64,000 nt of DNA from Eledone cirrhosa (Eukaryota), in contig OZ024740.1 in the NCBI GenBank assembly GCA_964016885.1, forward strand, positions 409,448,001 through 409,512,000. Reading direction: 5' to 3'. The notes under the pieces were generated by a model. That model saw nothing but the letters and a program-made list of their open reading frames with translations, searched no databases and was not told the origin of the DNA. The position numbers and the translations under genes were made by a program. The first letter of the stretch is position 1. Every line of letters starts with the position of its first letter. Below, piece by piece: positions 25,736 to 41,039 of this stretch.

Positions 25736-28700
25736 CTACAGCCGCATGACCAGAGTAGGCCCACTCACACGGGCCATTCTCGCCACTTTCACCCACCTTT
25801 CAGCAAATGTACTGGGTGGGGGGAGGGCAGCACTTCTCTCTCCACCCTCACCTTCCTTTCCAAGTGAAACTTGAAAAAGTTGATGAGGGATTGGCCGAAG
25901 AGAAAAGTGTCTGTCTTCAGTCCTTTCAACCTCGTCCACCATACAACCTCTTTCGCTACTGCCACCAGACAGAGGAAAATTGCCTGCCCTTCCTGGCCAA
26001 AAGAAGGCGGCGGGTCGATCTTCACTATGGACTCGGCCGATAGCCGGATCCGTTCTACACGCGACAACAGCTGTTCAACATAACTCCACAAGTCAGTAAT
26101 GCACGGACACTGGACGAGTGCGTGCAGAACGGTTTCGTCGCTCTGCGCGCATCTCGGGCAGGTCCGCCTGACAGCACTTCCGTGCCTGTAGAGTTTATCT
26201 CGAACCGGTAGTGCCCCCCGGTAGCACTGCCAAGCGAGGGATTTTTGGAAATTATCTATCGTCCCCGGCTCGAAAGTCCTCCGGTACAGACTGGTTAGTT
26301 CGACTTCGGTGACTCCCAGAGCCTCTCCGAGTGTGCCGTCGCACTTGCCCACCACTAATCCTCAATAGAACTTGAGAGTGAAAGTTCCACTGACCGCATT
26401 GCCCGCCTGGTAGAGGGCAGTGAGTGCCTGGAAACATTCCAGATGCCAGTCACCCAGTCTCGGTCTCTTCTTGACCCAGGACTGCAACTCAGTCAAAGAA
26501 AAGAGCTGCGGAGAGGCCCGTCTGACAAAGGGCGACCACACCTGTTCACCGTTTAGGCAGAATATCTGGAGATGCCGCAGCCTCAGCGCGTGCCTGCGCA
26601 TCATTAGCCACGGCATGCCCAGCCCTCCACGTAGAGGGTGCTGGCAGCAGATGGACCGCCTCACCAGCGGAACCTGACCCCTCCACAAGAATTTGAAGAG
26701 GAGCCGCTCCAAGATGGCGAGGCGCGAACGGGGGCAAGGGACGACGGTCAGACGGTAGTAGATGACGGACGCGATGTACGCGTTCGCCACATCCACCCGA
26801 CCTTTCAGTGATAGCTTCATCCCAGCCCATTTCTGGGTGAAACTGACTACCCTGCCCGTCACCTCGTCCCAATTCTTATCCACCTGGAGGTCTAGCCCGA
26901 ACCAAACCCCTAGCAACTTTACCGGTCCGTCCGTCCAGCGCCTAACGACGCTGTTGGACGGCATGGACTTGCCTCTCCAGGTGCCGAGTTGCAAGCCCAC
27001 TGACTTTTCCGGGTTAATTTTTACTCCTGTCAACCTTTCATATTACTCCAATAAGTTGCCAACCACCTCGATTTCTGAGGTGTCCGACACCATCACGGTG
27101 ATGTCGTCCGCATAAGCCGACACAGCCTTTACGCGTCCCTATTCGAGCGGGATGCCCTGCAACAGCTCCAGCTTCCGCAGTAAAGGCTCGAGAGTCAATA
27201 CGTACAGAAGGGAGGAGAGAGGGCACCCTTGACGGACCGATCGGGAAACCTGAAAAGGTTCCGAGAGGTGGCCATTAATTTTGACCATCGAGCAGGTGCC
27301 GCTGTGCATTGCAGCGATCCAGCTTCTGAAGACGGGGCCGAAGCCAGCCGCCTTGAGGACAGCCTCCAGGTACCGATGGTCGACCCTATCGAATGCTTTC
27401 GATTGATCTAAATTGATCAGAGCCCCACCGAAGCCAGGTTTACACCCTACCCTCTCTATGATGTATCGCATTAGGTGGAGGTTGTCGTGTATGGACCTGG
27501 TTGGGATTGCGCAAGTTTGCGCCTCCCCAACCAAATCCCCGACGACAAGCGCCAACCTCTTCGCTAACACCCTGACCAAAATCTTAAACTCTGTGTTGAG
27601 CAGAGTTATGGGCCTGTAATTGTCTAATGTGTCCCTCTTGTTCTCGTCTTTCCTTATCAGCGTCACTACGCCCCGGTTCACAGAACTGGGAATACTCCCG
27701 TTTTGCTGTCAGTTGCAGTAGAGGGCTTCGAGGAGATTGGAGAACAAGTCTGGCATATTTACGTAAAGCTCGTAGGGCAGACCATCCAAACCGGGTGACT
27801 TGCGCCTCATGCAGCCGACAAGGGCATCCTGAATCTCGGCTGAAGTAATTGGCCTTTCGCAGCGCCCAGCGTCAGCCGTCGAGAGTTGCGGCACGCCATC
27901 GAGGTAGGGACTGAAGTCCGCCACCATCTCTGACCCGCCACTTCCCCCCGAACAACCGAGCAAAATGTTGGCGAAAGGCCTCACACATCCTCTTGGAATC
28001 GCTCAGCTCGTGCCCGTCTCGGTCCGTCAAAGACCGAATCGTGGTTTTATTACCACTCTGCGCCTCCGCTACGCGGGCCCATCGAACAGCTTTGGTTCCT
28101 TCGTTTCTCCGAGCACGCGCCTTAGCTCTGACAATGCAACCTTCGTGTTTCGCATTGAAGAAATGGTCTAATGCCATTCTCGCCGCTAGCACATCAGTTG
28201 CAATGCCACTACCAATAGCTTTTCTATTTTTCTCTAATGCTACTTCTTTGCTAAACTCTATCGACATTACTCTAATCTCTATTTTGAGAACCCCCCACCA
28301 TCTATTGTTGACGATTCCCCCTGTCAACTTTTTCTTAACTAAATTGTTGACCTGGTCCCTGTAAGCCTTACGTGCCGGAAATGACATATTTAGCTTCCAG
28401 TAACCAGGTCCTAAGCTACGCGTCTTATCTAGGTCGACCATACAGATCATAAACTTGTGATCTGAATAGGCGACCGTTTCAAAACGTGGACAGCTTACAC
28501 TATTTCTGTCTATTTTCCTAATGAATATCCTGTCTATATACGATCTAGATGACCCTATGCGGTTAGCCCAGGTCCACACTGGCGCATTAGGGAAATTTAG
28601 TCGGTACCTGTCAGACAGCTGGAACTGGCTGATCAGGTTCTTGAGGCTTTTGCACCCCCCGCTCCTATCGGATACGCCCACACAGTCCCAGCGTGCGTCT

Positions 28701-29137
28701 AAGATGCCGTTCTAGTCCCCCGCTAACAGTAAAGGGCGAGACGTACCCAGAAAGGCTTCCAGGCATCTAAAGAATTCCGGCCGTCCTGCCCCAGTAGGAG
28801 CATAGACGGCCACCAGTCTAAAGGCACCACCTTCATTATTGTTCATGTCCAGGACCACCAACTTCCCGTCCGGGTCCCGGAAGATCGACCTTACCTCGAA
28901 ATCCAGGCCTTTCCTAAACAGCACTGCCACCCCGCCTCCCATTCCCATCCGGCTAACAGATGCAAAGATCTGATAGTCGTCGAAAATAGGGGCTAGTGCG
29001 CGCGTGTCGGAAATCCTGGTCTCGCTGACTGCAATTACATCCATTTCTATAGACCTGAGGTCGTTGAGCAGGTGACCCTGCTTCCAGGACGATCCCAGGC
29101 CTCGAACATTTAAACATCCTACTCTTAATACGGCCAT
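25736..29137 (-). pseudogene. Tx1-like ORF2 (APE-RT-zinc knuckle), frameshifted
   Basis: CLNVRGL, VSET, VYAP, GD, IDRIF, SDH, GYWKLN, KSPGLDG, YRPITLLN, DQSKAFDRVDH, VRQGCPLS, AYADD, CPRC..DETVLHALVQC. Confidence 0.9.
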
Positions 29138-29172
29138 GTTGGCAGGTTAAACAGAGAGAGAGGAAGGTTTAC

Positions 29173-31130
29173 TTACCTTCCGGGCTCTTGTGAAGGTCGG
29201 GTTGTTCGACCTACATAGTTAGTGGGGTTTCTTTTGGGAACCCCTTTAAAAGCCTTGAAGTGGGTTTTACGTTCGGGGTTCCCACGTCCCGAGGAAAGCT
29301 GTCTCGTATTTCTTTGAATATGTCGAGCGACATTCGCACCAGAACCAAATCATCCGGCACGCGAAATGTGCTCGATTTAAAAATTCCCCCTCTTTTTGTA
29401 TATTTTCACTTCGTGCTACGAGGGCCATCAGTTCCTTGTTGGCCCTCCTGACGAGCACGAAGTTTTGTATGTTTTGTTGGTGTGATTTTATTTGTTTGCG
29501 TGGCTGTGGTGGTGATGGTTTTGGTGGTGTTGTTTCGGTTGTATATGTGTTTGTTGTGAGTGCGGTGTCTGTGGTTCCAAATGTTTGTGTGTATATTTGT
29601 TCTTGCGTCTGTTTCGGTTGTTTGCGTTTGGGGCATTCTGGTGATGGTGATGGTGGTGTTGATGTTGGTGTTATTGGAGAGGTGTCTGCGTTTTTTATTG
29701 TGGGTGATTTTGTGCTTTGTTGAGTTTTTTTTTTCTTTTTGTGTTTCCTTTTTTGTATTTTGGGGGATTTTGGATTTCCCTCATTTTCACTATTGGTAGA
29801 TGAGGGGTCTGTGTCTGTAAGTGTGTCAGTATGTATGTTTATGGTTTTATTGGTGTGTGTATTTTGGGGGGTAGGGGGAATTTGACAGCTTTCCTCGTTT
29901 CCCCTCTGGGTGGTGAATGTTGGTGGTGGTGTTTCTATTGGTGTTGATGTTGGTGGTTTTGCCGGTGCTGGTGTTGGTTGTGGTCCCCGCCCCGGCGTCG
30001 GCAGCAGTGGAGCCTTTCGACCCCTTGCCTCTTTCAGCAGTTGAGGGCAGAAGGCTCGCAAATGGGTTTTTTCCCCACAAACAAAACACTGCGGCCTTTT
30101 GCCTTCGGTCATAATGTGAATGACCGTCCCATTCTGAAGGCGGATGTGGTCCGGGATTGTCTTCACATTCTCGGGCCTGATCTGGAGAAGGATCTCCAGG
30201 TCAACCCCGGACCAGTCCTCTCTGGCCGTTCTGGTCACTTCTATAGGGACTGTATCCGTCCCCTCCACAATCACACATCCCAGAAGCCACCACATGTCAA
30301 GTCATGGTGGGATTCTGGGAATGCGGAGACGGGCCGTTCTTTTTCCCATGTGGGAGGGGTACATTATGACCTTGCTGGTTTTGCAAGGAGTCATAGCGTG
30401 TTTCATAGCGAGGGCTTCTGACTTGAACAACACCGAAATGGTGCCGTACTGTCTGCCCTTCTCTATGTACTGGGTGTCTTCTCTGATGCACCTCAGCGCG
30501 ACTTCGACATCTTCTTGTGGGATTAAAGCTGCCCTTTTGGTTTGTGCTGAGATGCATCTATAATGCACCGTTTTGCGCTCCACTGCCTCAATAGCTTCTA
30601 CGGGGACAGTTAAGTTGGCCCAAGTTTGCTCTTGCTTGATGAGCTTCCATGCCTGGGCCAACTTGTCATCTTTGTTTGAGAGGTCCATGTTGAAGCATGG
30701 CATCTTTTTTGCTTCCGCCGCAGCGAAAGTGTTCTTCTTGTTTTCGTTGGGGGTGTTGTTGTCGTTGTTCTTGTTGGTGTTGTTGTTAGCACTGTCGCTG
30801 TTACCATTGTTGTCTTTGTTGCCACCGTTGTTCTCGGTACAGTTGGTATGTGTTGTTGTTGGTGTTGTCGCTATTTGTTTTCATGTTAGTGGTGTTGATA
30901 TTGTTGTTTTATTTGTTATTTTTTTTTCTGTTATCTGTATTTTCGTTGTCGCTGTTACTGTCATTTTTTCAAAATTAGAGTTCTTATTGGTATCATTGGT
31001 GTCTTTGTTTACCTTGTTTGTGGTGGTGTTTGTGTTATCAATTTGTGTTAATTTCGCTGTAGCGCTCCTCTCAACTTCTACGTCGTTGTCGCACGACAGC
31101 CGACATATCGCTGGGGCGTGGCTCAGCCAT
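29173..31130 (-). pseudogene. Tx1-like ORF1 (Gag-like, CCHC knuckle), frameshifted
   Basis: CFVCGEKTHLRAFC; N/T-rich N-terminus; alignable with copy B ORF1. Confidence 0.75.
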
Positions 31131-31335
31131 GTTTTTTTTTCTTCGTAAATTTTTTAACATGTAAAAAAAAGTTCAAATATTTGGGACAAAAGGCCCAAAT
31201 ATTATACTTTCCCCTTCACGGGGCAAAGTCTAAGGGCTTATATCCCTTACACAACAAGAAATATTTAACAACAAATAATTTTAACAGGCAATAAAGCGAC
31301 TTATTGTGAGCGAGCAAAATATGTCCGCTTAGACC

Positions 31336-31655
31336 AATAATAATAATAATAATACACTATTAATGATTATTAATGCAATCGTGCAATGCCTGTGCGTGAC
31401 GAATATTTTTAAAGTGAGGAAAGACTGTGCACTGAGCTAATCCGACTCTCTGAGCGACAGTAGCTATAACCTGAAAAGAAGAAAGGATCAACATCATCGG
31501 TAACTACTGAGCCGCAGGTTTTATGTCGGAGTTAACCCAGTTTCCTGAGATGCCTTCTTCTAGAAGAATGCCCTGACAAGGGCTAGGAGTCCTTCACTCC
31601 CAGTGGTTTAACTGCGCGATCGGGCATCCAGCCGATTATTTCTATGTCCCCGCGC
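31336..31655 (-). mobile_element. 5' part of a bipartite RTE-derived non-autonomous element (3' tail at 25321-25367, split by Tx1 copy A)
   Basis: Matches 32549-32827; tail GATGGCTGCCCCCTCGTTATCGAGTATGGCCATTGCACGA lies on the far side of the Tx1. Confidence 0.75.
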
Positions 31656-31753
31656 AAAAAAAAACAACAAAAACTCATTTATTGACACTTATACGTACGA
31701 CATACACACTCACGCATACATACGCGCGCACACAGCAACACTCATACATACAA

Positions 31754-31785
<32 letters not shown>

Positions 31786-32280
31786 ATATATATATATATA
31801 TATATATATTACCGTCATTACTGATACAAGATTACAAGATTATGTCAACTGTTGACTTTCAAGAGTTCGTATAGTTGAAGCCGTTCGTATTACAGTCCAG
31901 AATTATTATAATTGCTTTACAGCATAGAGCTATGGCTCTCCACGCTTGATCTTAAATCACGCCGAGGTCAACCTTGCCTTTCATCCCCACGGAGTCAACA
32001 AAAGAGAGTACCAGTAATGCGCTGGGCCAGTCGCTGGATCCGTGCCAAAAGCAGAAAAATTATTATTATTAAAGTTGTTTTCTTAAGGCCCGGTCGCTGG
32101 TGATGGTAATGGCGGTGGTGGTGGTGGTGGTGGTGGTGGCAGTTGGTGTTGATAACCCCCCCCCCCCAAAAAAAAAACAACAACAACAAACAAACATACA
32201 TACATACATGCATGGATACATACATACATACACGGATACATGTATACATACATATATACATACATATACACATACATATA

Positions 32281-32827
32281 TGATGGCTGCCCCTCGTTAT
32301 CGAGTATGGCCATTGCACGATATACCATTATTAATAATTATTAATTAATTCTGGTGGATTGGCAGTATCGGTAGAGGGTCGGACGCCATGCTTTGACGCA
32401 TAGAGTTACGGTCCTTGCCATTCTGAGTTCAAATCCCGCCGAGGTTTACTTTGCCTTTCATCCTTACGGGGTCGATAAAATAAAGTACCAGTAATGCACT
32501 GGGTAATTGCTGGCCTTGTGCCAAAAGTAGAAACAATTAATTAATTCTATCGTGCAATGCCTGTGCATGAAGATATTTTTTTAAAGTGAGGAAAGACTGT
32601 GCACTGAGCCAATCCCACTCTCTGAGCGACAGTAGATATAACCCGAAAAGAAGCAAAGATCAACATCATCGGTAACTACTGAGCCGCAGGTTTTATATCG
32701 GAGTTATCCCAGTTTCCTGAGTTGCCTTCTCCTAGATGAATGCCCTGACAAAGGCTAGGGGTCCTTCACTCCCAGTGGTTTAACCGCGCGATTGGGTGTC
32801 CAGCCCGACTATTTCTATGTCCCCGCG
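32281..32827 (-). mobile_element. Bipartite RTE-derived element with a SINE inserted at 32353-32535
   Basis: 13-bp TSD ATTAATTAATTCT at 32340-32352 and 32536-32548; empty-site copy at 33192-33298. Confidence 0.8.
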
Positions 32828-34082
32828 CATATACACACACATGCATATACACATATACATATACATACATATGTACATGTGTATATACATATTTACACAC
32901 TTTTGGATGGCCGTTGACTCTTATGAGTTCTTCCGCATTTTATCAGGTTTTGTTTTTTGTCCTGCAGGGTGTCCACAATACCCCTCCTCACCAAGTAAAT
33001 TTGGTGGGGTTGCCGGTTTAGTCGCCGATGACCCGACCATGTGACAGGTTGTACTGGGTAACATGCTACCAGTAGCACTCAAGAGTGACCCGACATATAT
33101 ACATACATGGATACATATATACATACATATATTCATACATACACACATACATAATACATACTACATGGATACATTTATACTACATATATACATGATGATG
33201 GCTGCCCCCTCGTTATCGAGTATGGCCATTGCACGATATACCATTATTAATAATTATTAATTAATTCTATCGTGCATTGCCTGTGCGTGAAGATTTTTTC
33301 ACATATATACATACATGTATACATACATATATATATTACATGTTACTAGTAGCACTCGAGAGCGACCTGATATAAATACATACATACACAAATACATACA
33401 TACATACATACATACATACATACATGGATGCATATATACATGCATGTATACATAAATGCATACATACATACATATATACACACATACATACATACATACA
33501 TACTATACATACATACGAATGCAATAACGACCTATTTGATTGTTATAAAATGGCATAAAACAGCCCTCTATTTGCTATATAATCAAAATGAAGCTACTGT
33601 ATACCGGAACGAACTTCACCCAGAGCTAAATTATTTCACAGCCAAACAATTACGCCAAGCAACGTAAAATTAAAATGAAGATTTTCTTCTTCTTTCTCTA
33701 TCTCTCCACATACCTACCCTCCTATTCACCCTCCATCAATCTGTTTCTACTCCTCCCTCATATTATCCCACTACATATCTACCAACCACCACCATATCTC
33801 CCCAATTACAATTTCTGGCCTCCACTTACATGACCCTATTTAAAATGGCCGCCTCTCCCCAGGCTTCCACCCCGTCGAAGGTCGATCAATGCCACTCGTG
33901 CGCTGTGTGCAACAGATGCAATAAAGGAAGGAACTGCTCCAAATGTAACAGCTTCAGGTTCAACGATTTACCGCCTTAACTTTATTAAATCGATATGTCT
34001 TACATGTTACTATCTTTACAGAAATCTACCACCAAACAATATTAAATCTATGTTTTACATGTCTTCTTCTTCTTCTTCTTCT

Positions 34083-34985
34083 TCTTCTTCTTCTTCTTCT
34101 TCTTCTTCTTCTTCTTCTTCTTCTTCTTCTTCTTCTTCTTCTTCTTCTTCTTCTTGCGAGGGTCATGGCGCAGAGTCTACAAACATTCCTTCCAGCGAGT
34201 CCTGTCAAAAGCAACCGTCTGCAACAGATCCGGCTGGATCCCCAGGCGTGACTAGCCAAGCTCATGGATGTTACCCAACCAGCTTGCTCGAAGTCTACTC
34301 CTGGGTCTCCTTCCGGTTGGTTTTGTTCTGTCCAGCGATTCTTTCCTGAGACATTCTAACCACATGTCCATAGTATCGGAGATGTGATCTCTCAATTCAG
34401 AGAAGTAGCAGCTCTACCTAGAGTGACTCTCTGATCTCCAAGCTACGCACTCTATCGAGCAACGTTACTCCTAAGACCTTTTGGAGGAACCCCATTTCGA
34501 CTGCTTGTATTTACGATCGTATTTTTTCGGTCATTACTCAACCTTCATGACCATAGGTAAGGGTTGGCACAAATACTAAATTGAAGATAGCGATTTTGGC
34601 TTTTACACATACTTCCTTCTTCTGGTTACCGAATACTGAAGCTGGCATATTACTGCACCAGCTCCTGCAATTCTTGCACTTAATTCTGTATTCATGAGTG
34701 ATGCCTTCCATCACTCATGAATACGGCCTCGGGATACTTGAACTTCTTTACCTGCGTCAGTGGAATTCAATCCACATGTAGAGTGCACTGCGCAGGCTTC
34801 CTTGAGAGGATGTGAGTTTTCGCGGCACTGATTTTCATTCCATCTTTGCAGCACTCAGTATCAAACCTATCGAGTGCAAGTTGTAGATCACCTTCTGTCG
34901 AGTTAAGTAACACCAGACGACTGATTTTACATCCACCAGTCATGATACCACTTCCAGCCCGGCTGCACATGTCAATCCTGTTCAT
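34083..34985 (-). pseudogene. RTE-like LINE 3' fragment with (GAA)n tail
   Basis: Remnants DLQLALDRF..EC...GMKIS..KT, FKYPE, LTYG.E.W, LR.YGHV.RM; (TTC)n at 34083-34155. Confidence 0.7.
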
Positions 34986-34989
34986 GTAA

Positions 34990-35175
34990 ATAATTGTGTC
35001 TACTTTCGGCACAAGGCCAACAATTATCCCAGTGTATTACTGGTACTTTATTTTATCGACCCCGTAAGTATGAAAGGCAAAGTTAACCTCGGCGGATTTG
35101 AACTCAGACTGAAAAGGGACGTAACTATGCTGCAAAATATGGCGCCCGACCCTCTACTGATACCGCCAACCCACC
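34990..35175 (-). mobile_element. tRNA-derived SINE
   Basis: Reverse complement of the SINE consensus. Confidence 0.85.
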
Positions 35176-35547
35176 AAATAATGAACAGGAAAAGTGACAG
35201 TTTTCAGCAGCTAGCTTGGACTCGACATATATATATATACACGCACACACACATATATATACATAAACAATATACGTAGCCAAGAAATCGGATTTTAAAG
35301 CGCTAAGAACATTGGAATTAATGTAAATAATGATGATGTGCAGAGATGCTATAAAGTAGCTTATAAAATAGGGTGAAGACTCTTAAAAGATGGGAATAGA
35401 AGTTGTCATCGGCCGCTATAAGGAATTGAACCTCATGCCTCTTTGATACCGGCTAGGCACTTTAAACCATTAAGCCAAAGGATTTTGACATAATATTATA
35501 GCACCTCTGTGCACATCATCTTTTACATTATATATATATATATATAT

Positions 35548-37127
<1,580 letters not shown>

Positions 37128-37286
37128 TATATTTATTAAAATAACAGATTAAAGTTTAAGCAAAGAATCGCTGCTTTCACCCTTAACGGGAGCTTCTGAA
37201 ACTAAAAAAATCAAAGGATTTTAGATAGAATTATACCTGAAATTAGAAGTTTGGCCCCTCTTGCACTGTGAAACAATTCTTTCGCG

Positions 37287-38140
37287 GTGATTGATTGGTT
37301 CAACGGCAGATGCAACAAGGAACATTGCCGTTTTATCCAATTCGACATCAATAATTACTACTCCTCAATCACTTTACCACTCCTTCTTAGAGCTATCAAT
37401 TTCGCTAAAACACTCACAGTGGTTAAGGATTTCGAAGTTGATGTCATCCTCAATGCCCGTAAGTCGGTGATTAATTTCGACGACTCTATTTGGATTAAAA
37501 AATCTAATAGTACCCCATTCGGCGTGAGTATGGGCGCCAGCGATTCTGCGGAGGTTACTGATCTTATCGGCCTTTTCCTTCTTTTCTCTATCAAGGACGA
37601 ATTCCCCAACGTGGGTGGTGGTTTGTACCGTGATGACGGTCTTTTGACCATGACTAAGTGTGGCCTACGTGCTTGCGACAGGTTCAGAAAAGAACTCACA
37701 GTCTTCTTTAAAGGCTTCAACCTCTCCATACAGGTTGAGGCCAACCTCTTGGTCGTTAATTACCTCGACGTTACACTCAATTTATCGAATGGCTTTCACT
37801 ACTCGTATAGAAAGCCGAATGATACGCTTAATTACATAAGTAAGCATTCTAACCATCCTGCCAGCATAACCAAGAACCTGGTAAGAAACGTTTCTTTGAG
37901 GCTTTCCCGTCTATCTACTAACGAGCATATTTTCAACAACCATTCCATATATTACAATGAAGCTCTTGCTCGGAGTGGATTTGTCGATAAGGTAGCTTAT
38001 ACAGAGTACGAGAATAGACCTAGGAAAAATAGATCCCGACGCATTATATGGTATAACCCACCATATAATATGGAGGTGGCCACACCATTAGCTAAGATCT
38101 TTCTCTTCCTTATTATGAAGCATTTCCCCCCAGCACATTG
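37287..38140 (+). pseudogene. Penelope-like RT fragment
   Basis: FIQFDI..YY.SI, FGVSMG, GLYRDDGL, YLDVTL, YRKPN, IIWYNPP; truncated before GIY-YIG. Confidence 0.88.
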
Positions 38141-38501
38141 CGGGTGTTTTCGCGTATGCTTGTGTATGTACGTATATGGTTGCGTGCATGTATATATTTA
38201 ATTTCTGTAATTTATTTACTTTATTCTTAACTCTGAAGCCGGGAATCATTCAGTTTCCTGATAGAATTTTAGTCTACGACTTCAGTTATACCATATACAT
38301 GGTTTTGTCTTTGCGTGTAATTATTCTCACCGCTCCACATAATGACATATTATCTTCGTTTTTCCCGTTCATTGCCAGAGAACGTCTCCACGAACCACCT
38401 AATAGAATATTAGTCTACAACTTCATTTATACCATAAACGTGGTTTTGTCTTTGCGTGTAATTGTTTTCACCGCTCCAAATTATGACGTATTATCTTTCT
38501 C

Positions 38502-38684
38502 GGTGGATTGGCAGTATCGGTAGAGGGTCGGACGCCATGCTTTGACGCATAGAGTTACGGCCCTTGCCATTCTGAGTTCAAATCCCGCCGAGGTTAACTT
38601 TGCCTTTCATCCTTACGGGGTCGATAAAATAAAGTACCAGTAATACACTGAGTAATTGCTGGCCTTGTGCCAAACGTAGAAACA
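38502..38684 (+). mobile_element. tRNA-derived SINE
   Basis: 12-bp TSD ATTATCTTTCTC at 38490-38501 and 38685-38696. Confidence 0.9.
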
Positions 38685-38979
38685 ATTATCTTTCTCTTTA
38701 TCCGTTCTTTGCCAGGGAACGTTTCCACGAACCAAAGTATCGTCTTCCTGTCTTCCTTCGGTTGCGATGTTTTTTGAAATATTTACTTCTGTGTTCACAG
38801 ATTGATTTTTTTAGATTTAGAAGATCCCGTTAAAGGTGAAAGCAGCGATTCTTTGTTTAAACTCTAATCTGTTATTTTAATAAATATTTGCTCTACGGTT
38901 CTTATATATTTGATATATATTTATCCTTATCGAGCCCTCTTTGGATTTTAATCTTCAAATTTATTATTATTACACACAC

Positions 38980-39126
<147 letters not shown>

Positions 39127-39129
39127 CAG

Positions 39130-39236
<107 letters not shown>

Positions 39237-39250
39237 CACACACACACTCT

Positions 39251-39339
<89 letters not shown>

Positions 39340-39490
39340 GCATATATATATACACATATACATATATATATACACACACACATATATATATATGTAGAAA
39401 AGTAAACCGAAATAACAAAAATAACAAAACAAACGACACAGTACCTGGAAGAAATATATTAGTTTAACGTTTGAAATAGCAGGAAGAGGG

Positions 39491-39526
39491 TCTTAACCTT
39501 TCGGGCGCTAGTCCTTCATCAGAAGA
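39491..39526 (-). ncRNA. Minimal hammerhead motif, slightly degenerate
   Basis: TCTT-CTGATGA-AGGACTAGCGCCC-GAAA-GGTT-AAGA. Confidence 0.55.
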
Positions 39527-39659
39527 AAGAATGAGAAATTAAAGAATAAATAGAAAGATTGAGGAAATGGGCAAGGCGGAAACGGAAAAAATGTTTTTAG
39601 AGAAAAATAACAGGTCCATTCGTGTTGCCATCTCTATATAGACATAAATACATACATGG

Positions 39660-40640
39660 TGATTGCTTCATCTTTGCAGATGATTGCCGTCTCCCTATGC
39701 ACCCCCATCAACCGTCACCGACTCCAAACCTCCGTTCATGTCCTCTTAGGTAGCTTTTAAGCCCAGCTTTAGATTTTCACGGTCTGCAGCAAATATAACA
39801 GACAAAAGACGTGCCCTCTATTGGATTGATTAGGTCAGTTTGTGGGATGTCATCCTTATGTACCCTCATATGCCTTTTAAGACCAGAGATTGATTTGCAG
39901 ATCTTTTTTTGCACACCACACATGTTGTCTCACCTAACATTGGGGGGATAGAGCGGCATTCAGTTGACTTTTTATGTGATTTTAAATTAATGATATACCC
40001 AACTCCCTGTGTTCTTATTGAGGTTCATACTGTGGCATTTTCGAAGCTGACGTTTAAGTTTTTCATGGTCAAGACGTCTCTCTTTAAACATTCTGCAGCC
40101 TTCCTTCACATGTCCTCTCCATTTACCCACTCTTTAAAGCAAGCACTTCCCAGTTCTGAACTTCAAACTCTAGATCTTTAAGGTTGTTTTTATGCAATCT
40201 TTATATCTTTTTCTTGGCTTGTGCTGAGGGTGTTTCCCAGTGCGCAATTGACTGTAAAATAGTTGTTTTGGGAGCCTTTCCTCATTCATGCGCACAACAT
40301 AGCCTACCCAACGCATTTGAGAGGATATGATAGTAGAGTCAGTGCTCATGCAACCAGCATCTATAAGGATTTGTGTGTCAGGTATTTTTTGTTGCCATTT
40401 AATGTTTAGGATTCGTCTTAAACACTTTTGATTAAAGTGTTCAAGCAAATTAAGGTGTCTAACGATGTACTGTCCACGTACAACAGAACACTCAGAATGC
40501 AGGCCATGTAGACACTAATCTTGGTCTTGATATTGATGCCATGATCCGCCCACACTCTCTTTTCAAGTTTTCCAAAGGCTATAGAGGCCTTCTGAATGCA
40601 CAGGTGTATTTCTGCATTCAGTCAACCATCGCTTGATAAT
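39660..40640 (-). pseudogene. RTE LINE 3' part with C2H2 fingers
   Basis: LEHF.QKCLRRILNIKWQ, MRWVG.VVRM.EERLPKQLFYSQL..GK..QHKPRKRYKD, C.VCKK.CKS.SGLKRHMRVH. Confidence 0.8.
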
Positions 40641-41039
40641 GCATACATAGATACACACATGCATGCATGAATATATACATAAATGCATGCATACATGCAT
40701 ACACACGCACACATACACAAATACACACACACGCTCCCTCACGCACATACACTCATATATTATGACAGATTTGAAAGGGGGAGGAGAGTTTATATATGAT
40801 TTATTAAATATATATATATGTTTTCTGCTATTCCTGTACATAGACTCATCCATACAATCAACCGCCAAAATATCTCATACAAATTTCTATTATACATAAA
40901 GAAAGGAACTATTGTAATATGGGTTAAAAGCCGTTGACCTAAATACTCACAATGGGTACAACGTCGATGTCATAAATAATCTGACCCCGCTGCAACCACT
41001 ACTGTTACAAATCTCGCCATTGTTGTTCTCAAACACCAC

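Larger units (their letters stand above)
25464..31335 (-). mobile_element. Near-full-length L1/Tx1-clade non-LTR retrotransposon (copy A, decayed)
   Basis: ORF1 + ORF2 fragments, AATAAA near the 3' end, (TAA)n on both flanks; inserted inside a bipartite RTE-derived element. Confidence 0.92.
37134..38968 (+). mobile_element. Second Penelope-like family, inverted short pLTR, interrupted by foreign sequence
   Basis: 37134-37215 inverted vs 38805-38886; same pLTR at 58746-58965 and 8534-8570. Confidence 0.8.

Noticed and set aside
32893-33090. HDV-like ribozyme in a LINE 5'UTR-like segment
   Set aside because: Could not fit the nested double pseudoknot by eye; needs a descriptor search
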